Shown in pieces: positions 6,955 through 15,734 of a stretch of DNA of 30,645 nt. The first letter of the stretch is position 1. Every line of letters starts with the position of its first letter. Source of the DNA: a virus. Taxonomy: Duplodnaviria; Caudoviricetes. Position numbers and translations under genes: made by a program. The stretch covers positions 1-30,645 of IMG/VR virus record IMGVR_UViG_3300042445_000566, one strand, 5' to 3'. Under the pieces are notes generated by a model. It was not told the DNA's origin, ran no database searches, and worked only from the letters and a program-made list of their open reading frames with translations.

Positions 6955-9213
6955 CTATATTTGTTTTCTTAACCAATCAGCAGTAATTGTAGTCAGCCAA
7001 CCATCTGCGTTAATTCCTTGTTGTATAGATATAATTTGGAAACAACCATTTTGATTATATACTTCCGGAACTCCATCTATAAGAAAATAATCTGCAGTAG
7101 CAAGTCCTGATATACCATCAATTGCAATAGTAACAGTTATACCGGAAACTAAAACTGTATCTGGTTCCGGTGTTTTTACTAAATAGTATTTTAATAATGA
7201 TTCATCTGTATAAATTAAATTATGTTGTTCGTTACCAATTTTAAATCTAACATAAGTTTTATTTATGGATTCTTCAGATAATTTTACTTTTTCAGCTAAT
7301 TTATCCTTTTTTTCTTTATCTATTTTTTCTGTTTCTTTTCCAGTTGGTGGTTGTTTATCTTGTGGAGGTTTTGCGTTATCTTTTAGTTTTTTCTTATAAA
7401 GTTCTTTTTGGATTCTGACTTCAATTGGATTTATAGAATGAAGCCCATCTGCATTTTTAAGAGTTTTCATATCTGCAGTTGCAGCCAAGTTTTCTTTATA
7501 TCTTAAATTTTCAGATTGTTGAGTATTAACAGTTTCGTTTGCTTCTGAAATTTGTAATTGAGATGAGTACAAAGTTTGACCAGCCATCATATCACTCATT
7601 TGAAAATCAAAAGAAAATGTTTGTATAATCGAATTTGTTGCTCCAATTTTAAATCTATATGTAGGAGCAGTTGAACTCGGAGTAAACACTCTTGGTAATT
7701 TTCTATCAATAATTGTTAATCCAACATTTGGATTTGGATTACTATCTGGAGTTGCCAATTCAAGATATGAGTATCCATACATACTCATTTGAATTAAAGT
7801 TAAAAGTTCAAATAATATATCTGAATTTTTAATTGAATTATTTTTTATATCCACAAATCTATCATAACTTATAAATATATTTAATAAATTTCCAGTATAA
7901 GGAGGTAATGTTATTTCTGTAGTATCTGTTGGTAATTTATAATTAGTAATCTTATTACCACTTTCATCTAACAAAAATGAATAACCATTTATTTTAGATT
8001 CTCTTCCAGTAGAAACTTTAAATGTTGGTTTGTTTGTTTTAGGGTCTTTAATTTTGTCAAACCCAACTTTAATGCTTCCATCTAAATCAACTGTAACTTT
8101 GGGTAATGTTCCAGGAAAAATAATGTTTTCGTTGGATGACATCATAAATTTTGTAGCAGATACAGGCAACACTTTAGTATTACCAACACTACCATATACT
8201 ATATTAGGTGAAAGATGTAAAGTATTTAAAATTTCTAATATCAATCTAAATGAAATATAAGGTGTTTTTGATATTGTGTTATCTTCTGCTTTTTTACTTT
8301 CTATACCCCAATTAAAAAATTCCTTTTCCCACTTTGATGCATCTTTAAAAGTTTCCGATAACTGTACATCAATATCTTCTGCAAGTTTTGCGACATATGA
8401 TTTTACATCACCTTTTATTATTTTTGCACTTTTTTTTCCTTCAGATTTTGAAGATTGACTAAGTAGTTGGGATGCTAATTCGTTTCCTGCTGATATTTCC
8501 AAACTTACATTATATGTACCATCGGTATCAATTGAAAATCCGTAAGTTAAAACTTTACCTGTCCAAACATCATAATTACCTTTTGTATCTTTTAATTTTT
8601 TTAAATATGATTTTTTATTATCTGCCCATTTTGAATCTAATGGGGAATATACATTTGTAAATTCATCTACAAAAGAACTCCAACTATTTTTTGGAAATAA
8701 ACAATTTTGAATTGTGTTAGTATCAGTAGTTAAATCGGAATTGTTTCCATATTCTAATAATACTTGCATACCTGGTCTTAAAAAAAACATTTCAAACATT
8801 TCCAATTGTTTTAGTGAAAATACTTTTATGTTTAATTTTGCCGTTTTTAATACTGCGTTTTCACCACCATCTTCAATTTGTAAATCAATAATTAACGGTA
8901 CTGATAGTTTTCTATTAGTTTCTCCGGTTACTTCAATTGGCTTTCCATTTAAATCATATCCCGCAATAGTATTGCCAGTTTGATATAACTTACTAACATC
9001 GTTTGTATTTGATAAAACACATCCATAATATTTTCCAGCATAATTTTCAGATTCAATCATACCCACACTATGTTCGGCACTTGTTACAACGGCAGGAGAT
9101 GTTAATATAACAAATGGTTGCGTTTTAATTAATTTAGCAGGGTTATTAGCTCTAAAATCTAATTCTTCTGAAATCCACTTTGGTATGGGTTGGATGTATG
9201 GAATTGCAGGCAT
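6955..9213 (-). CDS. Putative baseplate hub protein (gp27/late control D-like)
   Basis: 752 aa, located after the tape measure, tube-initiator-like and LysM genes. FLRPGMQVLLEYG and a C-terminal beta pattern (FQIISIQQGINADGWLTTITA) fit hub proteins. Confidence 0.55.
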   Translation of the reverse strand: MPAIPYIQPIPKWISEELDFRANNPAKLIKTQPFVILTSPAVVTSAEHSVGMIESENYAGKYYGCVLSNTNDVSKLYQTGNTIAGYDLNGKPIEVTGETNRKLSVPLIIDLQIEDGGENAVLKTAKLNIKVFSLKQLEMFEMFFLRPGMQVLLEYGNNSDLTTDTNTIQNCLFPKNSWSSFVDEFTNVYSPLDSKWADNKKSYLKKLKDTKGNYDVWTGKVLTYGFSIDTDGTYNVSLEISAGNELASQLLSQSSKSEGKKSAKIIKGDVKSYVAKLAEDIDVQLSETFKDASKWEKEFFNWGIESKKAEDNTISKTPYISFRLILEILNTLHLSPNIVYGSVGNTKVLPVSATKFMMSSNENIIFPGTLPKVTVDLDGSIKVGFDKIKDPKTNKPTFKVSTGRESKINGYSFLLDESGNKITNYKLPTDTTEITLPPYTGNLLNIFISYDRFVDIKNNSIKNSDILFELLTLIQMSMYGYSYLELATPDSNPNPNVGLTIIDRKLPRVFTPSSTAPTYRFKIGATNSIIQTFSFDFQMSDMMAGQTLYSSQLQISEANETVNTQQSENLRYKENLAATADMKTLKNADGLHSINPIEVRIQKELYKKKLKDNAKPPQDKQPPTGKETEKIDKEKKDKLAEKVKLSEESINKTYVRFKIGNEQHNLIYTDESLLKYYLVKTPEPDTVLVSGITVTIAIDGISGLATADYFLIDGVPEVYNQNGCFQIISIQQGINADGWLTTITADWLRKQI

Positions 9214-9216
9214 AAC

Positions 9217-9519
9217 TTATTTATTTATTTTGTCAAAATCTCTTAAAATTGTTGGTAAATCCGATGGTATTCTTAACTGAAGACCTGGTTGTATATGAAA
9301 CGAAGCATCATTTAAATTATTTGCAATTGAAATAACCCACCAATATGACTTATCTCCATAGTATTTACTTGCCAATATATCCAATCTATCACTAGCTTCC
9401 GATATTACATACATATCGTTATCAGTTGCTTTTATTTTTGGATATATAACGGAACTTAAATACTTTCGTTTAGTATTATCAGTTGTTAATTCGGTTGTAT
9501 ATTGGTATCTACTTGCCAT
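9217..9519 (-). CDS. LysM-like baseplate wedge protein (gp53/P2 gpX-like), start MASRY
   Basis: DRLDILASKYYGDKSYWWVISIANNL...PGLQLRIP. ATG at 9519 is 1 nt after the upstream stop. Confidence 0.8.
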   Translation of the reverse strand: MASRYQYTTELTTDNTKRKYLSSVIYPKIKATDNDMYVISEASDRLDILASKYYGDKSYWWVISIANNLNDASFHIQPGLQLRIPSDLPTILRDFDKINK

Positions 9520-9520
9520 T

Positions 9521-10954
9521 TTATCTTGGTTCAAACATGTTTCGAGTAGAAGCAAGGAATTTAGCTTCTTGTTCTTTAGCCATATTTTCTTCTTTTATTT
9601 TTGCAACATCTATTTTTGTTCTTTGTAATCCTGGTGCAGGATTTGGATTATTAAGGACAGGTCTACCATTAACAATAGTAATTATAGGGTCTGGTGCTGC
9701 TGTTTTTGCTTGAATTAATTTTTTATCAATTACTTTAGTACCATTAAAGTTATATTTAAATTTTTTATCTTCTATTCCATGATTTTCTATTATTTTTATT
9801 CCAATAGAAACATCAATTACATTTGGGTATAATGAATTATCAGCATCTGAACTTGCGTCCGGCGTCTGTTGTTTAGTCCAAACCGTATTATCTTCTATAC
9901 TAAATGATAAACTTTCTATATATCCAAACATATTTTTATACAAATCACCAATTGAAAAGAATACTAAATTTGGTGAGAATGCGTATTGTGATGATTGATT
10001 ACCACTATATGAAAATTCCGAAAGTTTTTCATCCGGAAATGCCAATGATTTTAAATATTCTATTTTTTTAATCATTGTTTGTTTTGATTTTGAACCTATA
10101 TAGTATAATTTTAAATTAAACTTTACAGAACGTTCAACTCCCTGGTATCTATATGTTTTAAATGGATTTCCCACATATCTAAAATTAGTCCATTCAGGTG
10201 TAACATCTTCACTTATTCCAGATATTGCTCCTACAAATGGAATTATAGTATTTTTTCCATATTTTTGAAATGTTATCGGAACTTGATTTGAAAGAACATT
10301 TTCTTTCATCCATTTTGCTAATGATTTATCATCTTCAAATGATGTAATTTCTAATAATTCCTCATTTGATTTATCCCAAGTTTTAGCATAAGCACCAGTT
10401 CTTTCTGCATCAGATTGTTCTCCGTATGAATATTTTGAAAATGGTTTTTTATTTGTGTATAATGGGTCACCAAATGAACCATTTGATTGATTTGGGGATT
10501 TCTTTTTTAAAGAATCACCCAATGCTTTTAATCCACTTTTACTTCCAAACTTATTTAAACTTTGAATTGCCAAATTGGTTGTAACTCCTATTGGAGATGA
10601 ACCACCTTGTGATAGTGAATTAAGAACTGAATTGGGTGTAGGACTTTGTTTTACAGTATAATCAGTACCCGCTTCTACCGTATCTCTTAAACCTGCTTCT
10701 GTAAATGCAGTTAATGTAATTGGTTTACTTAATGGAGTATTTTTTTTAAATATAGTATCTGATGGTCTATTTGCAACTCCACCAATAGCTCCTGCTAATT
10801 GCCCACCTACTAAATCTGCAAGAGTATTTGGAGAAGATGCTAGTAATGCTGCTGCTCTTGGTGGATTAACTAACCCTCTACTATCTATACGAATAAGTTC
10901 ATTATTGTATAGTTCTTTCTTTCCAGAATCAAAAAGTTCTAATATTGTAGGCAT
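9521..10954 (-). CDS. Tail tube initiator / baseplate tube-like protein (gp48/gp54-like)
   Basis: C-terminal tube-fold pattern ISEDVTPEW..RYVG....YQGVERSVKFNLKL...GYIESLSFS. It lies between the tape measure and LysM genes. Confidence 0.55.
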   Translation of the reverse strand: MPTILELFDSGKKELYNNELIRIDSRGLVNPPRAAALLASSPNTLADLVGGQLAGAIGGVANRPSDTIFKKNTPLSKPITLTAFTEAGLRDTVEAGTDYTVKQSPTPNSVLNSLSQGGSSPIGVTTNLAIQSLNKFGSKSGLKALGDSLKKKSPNQSNGSFGDPLYTNKKPFSKYSYGEQSDAERTGAYAKTWDKSNEELLEITSFEDDKSLAKWMKENVLSNQVPITFQKYGKNTIIPFVGAISGISEDVTPEWTNFRYVGNPFKTYRYQGVERSVKFNLKLYYIGSKSKQTMIKKIEYLKSLAFPDEKLSEFSYSGNQSSQYAFSPNLVFFSIGDLYKNMFGYIESLSFSIEDNTVWTKQQTPDASSDADNSLYPNVIDVSIGIKIIENHGIEDKKFKYNFNGTKVIDKKLIQAKTAAPDPIITIVNGRPVLNNPNPAPGLQRTKIDVAKIKEENMAKEQEAKFLASTRNMFEPR

Positions 10955-10998
10955 TTATAGTGTATCTATTTACTATAAATATGAATTATTTAAATTTA

Positions 10999-13788
10999 TT
11001 ACATCCCCGTAGGAGCACCTATCGTTTCTCTTCTACCTACTGCCATTTGAGTTCTTAAATTTTTCATTAATGATTGATTTAATCTAACACCATTTAAATT
11101 AATACTCTTATCTTTATCAGTTTCTATTAAGATATATTGTAATAATGTAGAACTTACACCAAGTAATTCAACCATTTTCATTTGTAATCTTGTCTGATAT
11201 TGAACATCTGATAATACTTGTGATGGTTTTGCTGCTGATGCTGGTGTAGCAGCTTTTGCTACAACTGTTTTTGGAACTACTTTTCCATTTTTAATAGTAG
11301 CTTGTGGATTCACACTATCAAATGCACCCATATCTCTAGCTGCTAATGCTGCATCTATTCCAACAGAAGCAGCAGTTCCAAATCCAGGAATTATAGATGC
11401 TCCACCACTTGCCACTTCCAATCCTGCACCAGCAAAGTCTCCCGCCATTGCTCTTTGTCCTGCAAATAATAATGAAGCAGCTAGTCCTACAAATGGTATT
11501 TTTTTAAGTAAAGTTTTTCCCAAAGCTTTTGCCGCTGATTTTCCACCTTGTTTCGCAGCTTGTTTTGCAGCTTGTTTTGCAACTTGTTTTTCAGTTTGTT
11601 TTACAACTGATTTTTCAGCTTGTTTCGTAGCAGATTTGGCAGTAGATTTAGCAGAAGTTTTGGCAGTAGATTTAGCAGAAGTTTTAGCAGGAGTTTTAGC
11701 AGGAGTTTTTTTGTTTTTTTTATTAGGCAAATCTATTCCACTATTTACTACAAATACTTTTTGTATTCCACCAACTAATTTTTCAATTCCTTTACCCAAT
11801 ACATTACCAGCAAGAGCACCTGCAAGTCCTACACCAAGTGTTTTAAAATTATCTTTTGAAAATAAATTTTCAATATTATTTTTAGCAGTTGAAATTAACT
11901 GTGTTAAATAATCACCACTTCTTTTGAATGCTAATTCTTCTTTTTGATTTAATGATGTTTGTTGTTTTTCTAATGTTATTAAACTTGCTTGATATTTTTT
12001 ATATTCTTTAGAATTTAAATATGCATCGGTTATTTTACCAGATAATTGAGCATCTATGACTGCAGTGTTTGCAGATATTGATGCCGTTTGTGATGCTAAT
12101 GTAGATTGTGCAGATTGTGTTGTTTTTAAAAACCCTTTATTTCCTGCTTTTACATTTCCTGTTTGTGCACTTACATCAGTAGCACTTCCGGTTGCAATTT
12201 TTTGTATTGTATCCAAATCTAAACCACCCAATGCTTGAGAGAGTGCTTCTTGTTGGAACATATTCATTGCCTTAGGGTCTAAACCTTGTGCTTTGATAGA
12301 TTTTAATGCCTCATCAGTTTTACCTTGTGCAAATAAAGCACGTGCTTCTGATAGATTTACATTTCTACCCAACATTGCTGATAAACTCATTTCTGATTTG
12401 ATACTATCTTTATAGTTCAATACCATACTTTTACCTGCTTTGGCTATATCTCCAAACGAAACTCCTAATTGTTGTGCGTATGCAACTTGCTTTTGTAATG
12501 CAGGACCTGATTTTATTTGGTATCCTAATGCTTCTTTGGATGCTTGTGCAACCTCTTCCATATATCCACCCAAATCTATACCCGCAGATTCTGCCATTGC
12601 TCGCATACCCTCCGTCATATTTAATGCACTCTCATTTGTAAGTTTTCCCATTCTTCTAAAAAAGGATACCATATTTGATACATTTTCAGAAGATTGACCC
12701 GTTCTTTTTTCTAATACTGACATATCAGCTGCAAAATCGGATGAAACTTTAGTACCTAATGTTTTTGTTGCAGTAGTTAAAGAAGCAGCTACATTTTCTG
12801 CACCTATACCCGCTAATTGCATTTGTGCTGCACCGTATCCAATAGAACCTATACCTTTACCATAAAGTGCAGTTTTGGCAGCTGCTTTAAATTCTGCTGC
12901 ACCTGTTTGTAATTGTGCTGAAAATTGTATTGCTGCTCTTTGAGATGCAAAATTAGCATCGTTTATTAAAGTATTTACAGTATTTTCTGTTTCAATACGG
13001 TTTTTACTTCTTTCTAATTCTTTTTTTGCAATTACAAATCCACGCTTATTTTCAATTTTAGCAATATCAGCAATATTATCGGTTTTGATTTGCTTAACCT
13101 CATTCTCTACATCCTGTGATGCTTTCATTTCAGGAAATAAATAACTTTTAGCAAGAACTGCTGCTGCTGCTCCTGCTGCAGTTAATGCCATTCTTACTGC
13201 TGCAAGGTCTTTACTTGCTATACCTTGAAGAACTTGAGAAAACTCTCTCATCATTGGGATATTTGATGAACCAAATTGGTCCATTGCAGCATTTAATAAT
13301 TGAGCCTTTTTCTCTGTTTTATCAAATGCATCACCAACGGATTTCATTTCTGAACCCATACTTTTAAGAACTTTTACTAATTCTGCATTTTCTTTACCAT
13401 TAAGTTTTGTCGATTGTAGTAATCTATCATAGCCAACACGATGTTCTTTTAATTTTTTATTGGCTTGTTCTTGAGTCATTAACCCATCTTTAACATCTCT
13501 TTTATATTTTGCTTGGAGACTTTCAAATTCTCCCCACATTTTAGTAAGAGTTTCAACACCTTTTTTTTGAGCTTTACTTAAATTATTTGCCTCTTTGAGT
13601 GATGCATTTATAAGATTTTGTGTAGCTAATTGAGCTTGTAATTTTTTATTAGCTCTTTCATATAAAGCATCTGTTTCTTCTAACCCTGCGGTTCTTGTAG
13701 CAAAAGCACTTTCTAAACCGGCAGTTGCCTCTTTTTGTCTTTTAACTGAAGATTGGTTAGTTTTTGCGGGTTTTTTTGAAGCAGCCAT
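10999..13788 (-). CDS. Tail tape measure protein
   Basis: 929 aa, Ala/Lys/Gln-rich and helical, with C-terminal Gly/Ala hydrophobic segments. It follows the sheath, tube and chaperone genes. Confidence 0.8.
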   Translation of the reverse strand: MAASKKPAKTNQSSVKRQKEATAGLESAFATRTAGLEETDALYERANKKLQAQLATQNLINASLKEANNLSKAQKKGVETLTKMWGEFESLQAKYKRDVKDGLMTQEQANKKLKEHRVGYDRLLQSTKLNGKENAELVKVLKSMGSEMKSVGDAFDKTEKKAQLLNAAMDQFGSSNIPMMREFSQVLQGIASKDLAAVRMALTAAGAAAAVLAKSYLFPEMKASQDVENEVKQIKTDNIADIAKIENKRGFVIAKKELERSKNRIETENTVNTLINDANFASQRAAIQFSAQLQTGAAEFKAAAKTALYGKGIGSIGYGAAQMQLAGIGAENVAASLTTATKTLGTKVSSDFAADMSVLEKRTGQSSENVSNMVSFFRRMGKLTNESALNMTEGMRAMAESAGIDLGGYMEEVAQASKEALGYQIKSGPALQKQVAYAQQLGVSFGDIAKAGKSMVLNYKDSIKSEMSLSAMLGRNVNLSEARALFAQGKTDEALKSIKAQGLDPKAMNMFQQEALSQALGGLDLDTIQKIATGSATDVSAQTGNVKAGNKGFLKTTQSAQSTLASQTASISANTAVIDAQLSGKITDAYLNSKEYKKYQASLITLEKQQTSLNQKEELAFKRSGDYLTQLISTAKNNIENLFSKDNFKTLGVGLAGALAGNVLGKGIEKLVGGIQKVFVVNSGIDLPNKKNKKTPAKTPAKTSAKSTAKTSAKSTAKSATKQAEKSVVKQTEKQVAKQAAKQAAKQGGKSAAKALGKTLLKKIPFVGLAASLLFAGQRAMAGDFAGAGLEVASGGASIIPGFGTAASVGIDAALAARDMGAFDSVNPQATIKNGKVVPKTVVAKAATPASAAKPSQVLSDVQYQTRLQMKMVELLGVSSTLLQYILIETDKDKSINLNGVRLNQSLMKNLRTQMAVGRRETIGAPTGM
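11555..11708. repeat. 12/24-bp coding tandem repeats (TPAK/TSAK/STAK and QAAK units) in the tape measure
   Basis: ttggcagtagatttagcagaagtt x2, ttagcaggagtt x2, and agcttgttttgc-type repeats. Confidence 0.85.
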
Positions 13789-13798
13789 TTATTATATA

Positions 13799-14044
13799 TT
13801 AGCTATATTTTTTAATTACAGAATCTATTTCTGTTGAATCGAGATTTTTAGCTTTTGCCAAAGATTTAGCTGAATCTAAAACTTTATCTATATCATTATC
13901 CCATTTAGACCATATATCAGCAAGTTCCGGGTCTTGTTGTCTTAGTTTAGATAACCATTGTGATTCTTTATTCTGTGATTTTGCTTTTAGAAATAAAGAA
14001 AAAAACCTATCTAATATACCTTCGTTTAATAATTTATGGGACAT
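13799..14044 (-). CDS. Small hypothetical protein
   Basis: 81 aa, preceded by ATATTTAT at 14073-14080. N-terminal LLNEG. Confidence 0.7.
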   Translation of the reverse strand: MSHKLLNEGILDRFFSLFLKAKSQNKESQWLSKLRQQDPELADIWSKWDNDIDKVLDSAKSLAKAKNLDSTEIDSVIKKYS

Positions 14045-14079
14045 GTTTTTACTTTTAATTTATATTACTCATATAAATA

Positions 14080-14253
14080 TCATCTTCTTCGAGTTTTAGA
14101 TGAATTATTTGTAGTTGATGGTCTAGATTTTTCAATTTGTTCCCTTTCTTCTTCTTTTGTTTTTAACAATTCTCTCCAATAAAACTCTCTAAGTTTAGTT
14201 GGCATGAAATATAAATCATGCCAATTAAACCCACCATTTGCAAAATAAATCAT
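14080..14253 (-). CDS. Tail/baseplate assembly chaperone C-terminal module (gp51/gpT-like), 57 aa from its ATG or a frameshift extension of 14288-15100; absent from the ORF track
   Basis: MIYFANGGFNWHDLYFMPTKLREFYWRELLK... The frame is open upstream to the T7 run at 14302-14308. Confidence 0.7.
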   Translation of the reverse strand: MIYFANGGFNWHDLYFMPTKLREFYWRELLKTKEEEREQIEKSRPSTTNNSSKTRRR

Positions 14254-14287
14254 TTGAAAAATGGTTTGATGTAATACTACGGAATGG

Positions 14288-15100
14288 TTATTCGGAAGGG
14301 TAAAAAAAGTCTACCCCGAATGGGATACGGAGAGCCTCCGTCTCACCTGCTGAATTTTCATATTCTATATTTAAATCCAAATCTGGAGTTATTTCTATAA
14401 TATATTTTCTTAATGATTTGGAGTCCATTGCCAATAATCTGTTTGAAACAAAATTACTTATATATCCCAAATCTCTATTACCTTCTACTTCCGTAATAAT
14501 TCTTCTAAATCTAGTAGTAATTTCGTTTCCTTGTTTTAATATCTTTTCACTTGCTTCAACATCCTTTTGAATTGCAAGTTCATCACCATGAGTGAGTAAT
14601 TTAAATTTAATTTGAGTTTTTGATTTTGGTAAAACAAAATCGTATTCATTACTCCTATTTAACAAAGAAAAATCTATATCTTTTGTTTTTAATTTAGATA
14701 AATCAACTTTTACAACTACATCTTCTTCTGATATTGAATCTGTTACTGTAATATCATATTCAGGCCCAAAAGCTAACATTCTTGAAATAATAAGAATTGC
14801 ATTTTTATCTCCAATTAAAAGGTCATTGATATTTACACCAGGTTCTACAACTACTGATTCTATTAACTTATCCAAATGAAGTCCTTTACGGATTAAATTT
14901 GTAGAAGTTAAAATATCTTCTTCTTTTGCAGTCATTAGTTTAAGAGTAATCTCTCCTTTAGCTAATGGTGAATGTTCTGGATATCCTAATCCTTTAGATG
15001 GTAATGAAATAACTTCCGTTGCAAATGGGAAGTTTTTTTGAGTTGTAGTTTGGGATGCCCCTAAACCTCTCGTAACTTGTTGTTCTAATTGTTCTTCCAT
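14288..15100 (-). CDS. Tail/baseplate hub assembly chaperone (T4 gp26-like)
   Basis: ISLPSKG, MTAKEEDIL, DLLIGDKNAILIISR motifs. It sits immediately after the tail tube gene. Confidence 0.75.
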   Translation of the reverse strand: MEEQLEQQVTRGLGASQTTTQKNFPFATEVISLPSKGLGYPEHSPLAKGEITLKLMTAKEEDILTSTNLIRKGLHLDKLIESVVVEPGVNINDLLIGDKNAILIISRMLAFGPEYDITVTDSISEEDVVVKVDLSKLKTKDIDFSLLNRSNEYDFVLPKSKTQIKFKLLTHGDELAIQKDVEASEKILKQGNEITTRFRRIITEVEGNRDLGYISNFVSNRLLAMDSKSLRKYIIEITPDLDLNIEYENSAGETEALRIPFGVDFFYPSE

Positions 15101-15140
15101 AATATAACTTAATGTGTTTACTAATATATATCACATTTTT

Positions 15141-15179
15141 AAAAAAATAAAGGGGAACATTTCTGCGCCCCTCTTATTT
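15141..15179 (-). terminator. Rho-independent terminator after the tail tube gene
   Basis: Minus strand AGAGGGGCGCA-GAAA-TGTTCCCCTTT followed by ATTTTTTT: a GC stem, a GNRA loop and a U tract. Confidence 0.75.
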
Positions 15180-15197
15180 CAATTACTTTATTTAATT

Positions 15198-15686
15198 TTA
15201 GTACTCTAATACTGCGTAATCAAATGTTAAAGTTAATTCAATTGATACAGGGTCGTTTGAAGCCCAATCCAACTCACCAAAGTTTGCTGAAGTAATGAAT
15301 GCTCCTTTAATTGTCCATTGTTCAATCTTATCACCAACTGGTCCTAACAAATAAAAAGTAATATCCTTCTTATAGAATGCTGCGTATCCATCTCTACCTG
15401 TTAATGATTCGTGTGAACTTCTAATCCACTCCATAACTTGTTGTGCTCCTGATGGAACGATTGGGTCATAAAGTGTGATGTTCATATCATCCCAGTTAGA
15501 TTTTCCCTTTATCTTACGCTTTACGTTGATATGGTCTAATTCAACTATTTCCGAAGTAAATGTTGGTCTACTTGCAGTTTTGATGATGTATGATTCGATA
15601 CCATTGATTTCCATAATGAATCTGTTACCAAGCTTTGGTTCAAAATTCTTATAAAATATCTTGTCAAATTCTAATATTTCTGGCAT
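15198..15686 (-). CDS. Tail tube protein (T4 gp19-like)
   Basis: 162 aa, KGKSNWDDMNITLYD, WTIKGAFITSANFGELDW, ELTLTFDY. It follows the sheath gene. Confidence 0.9.
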   Translation of the reverse strand: MPEILEFDKIFYKNFEPKLGNRFIMEINGIESYIIKTASRPTFTSEIVELDHINVKRKIKGKSNWDDMNITLYDPIVPSGAQQVMEWIRSSHESLTGRDGYAAFYKKDITFYLLGPVGDKIEQWTIKGAFITSANFGELDWASNDPVSIELTLTFDYAVLEY

Positions 15687-15734
15687 TTTCTTTTTATTTA
15701 AATGTTATTCTCTAATAAATATTGTTTTTTAAAA

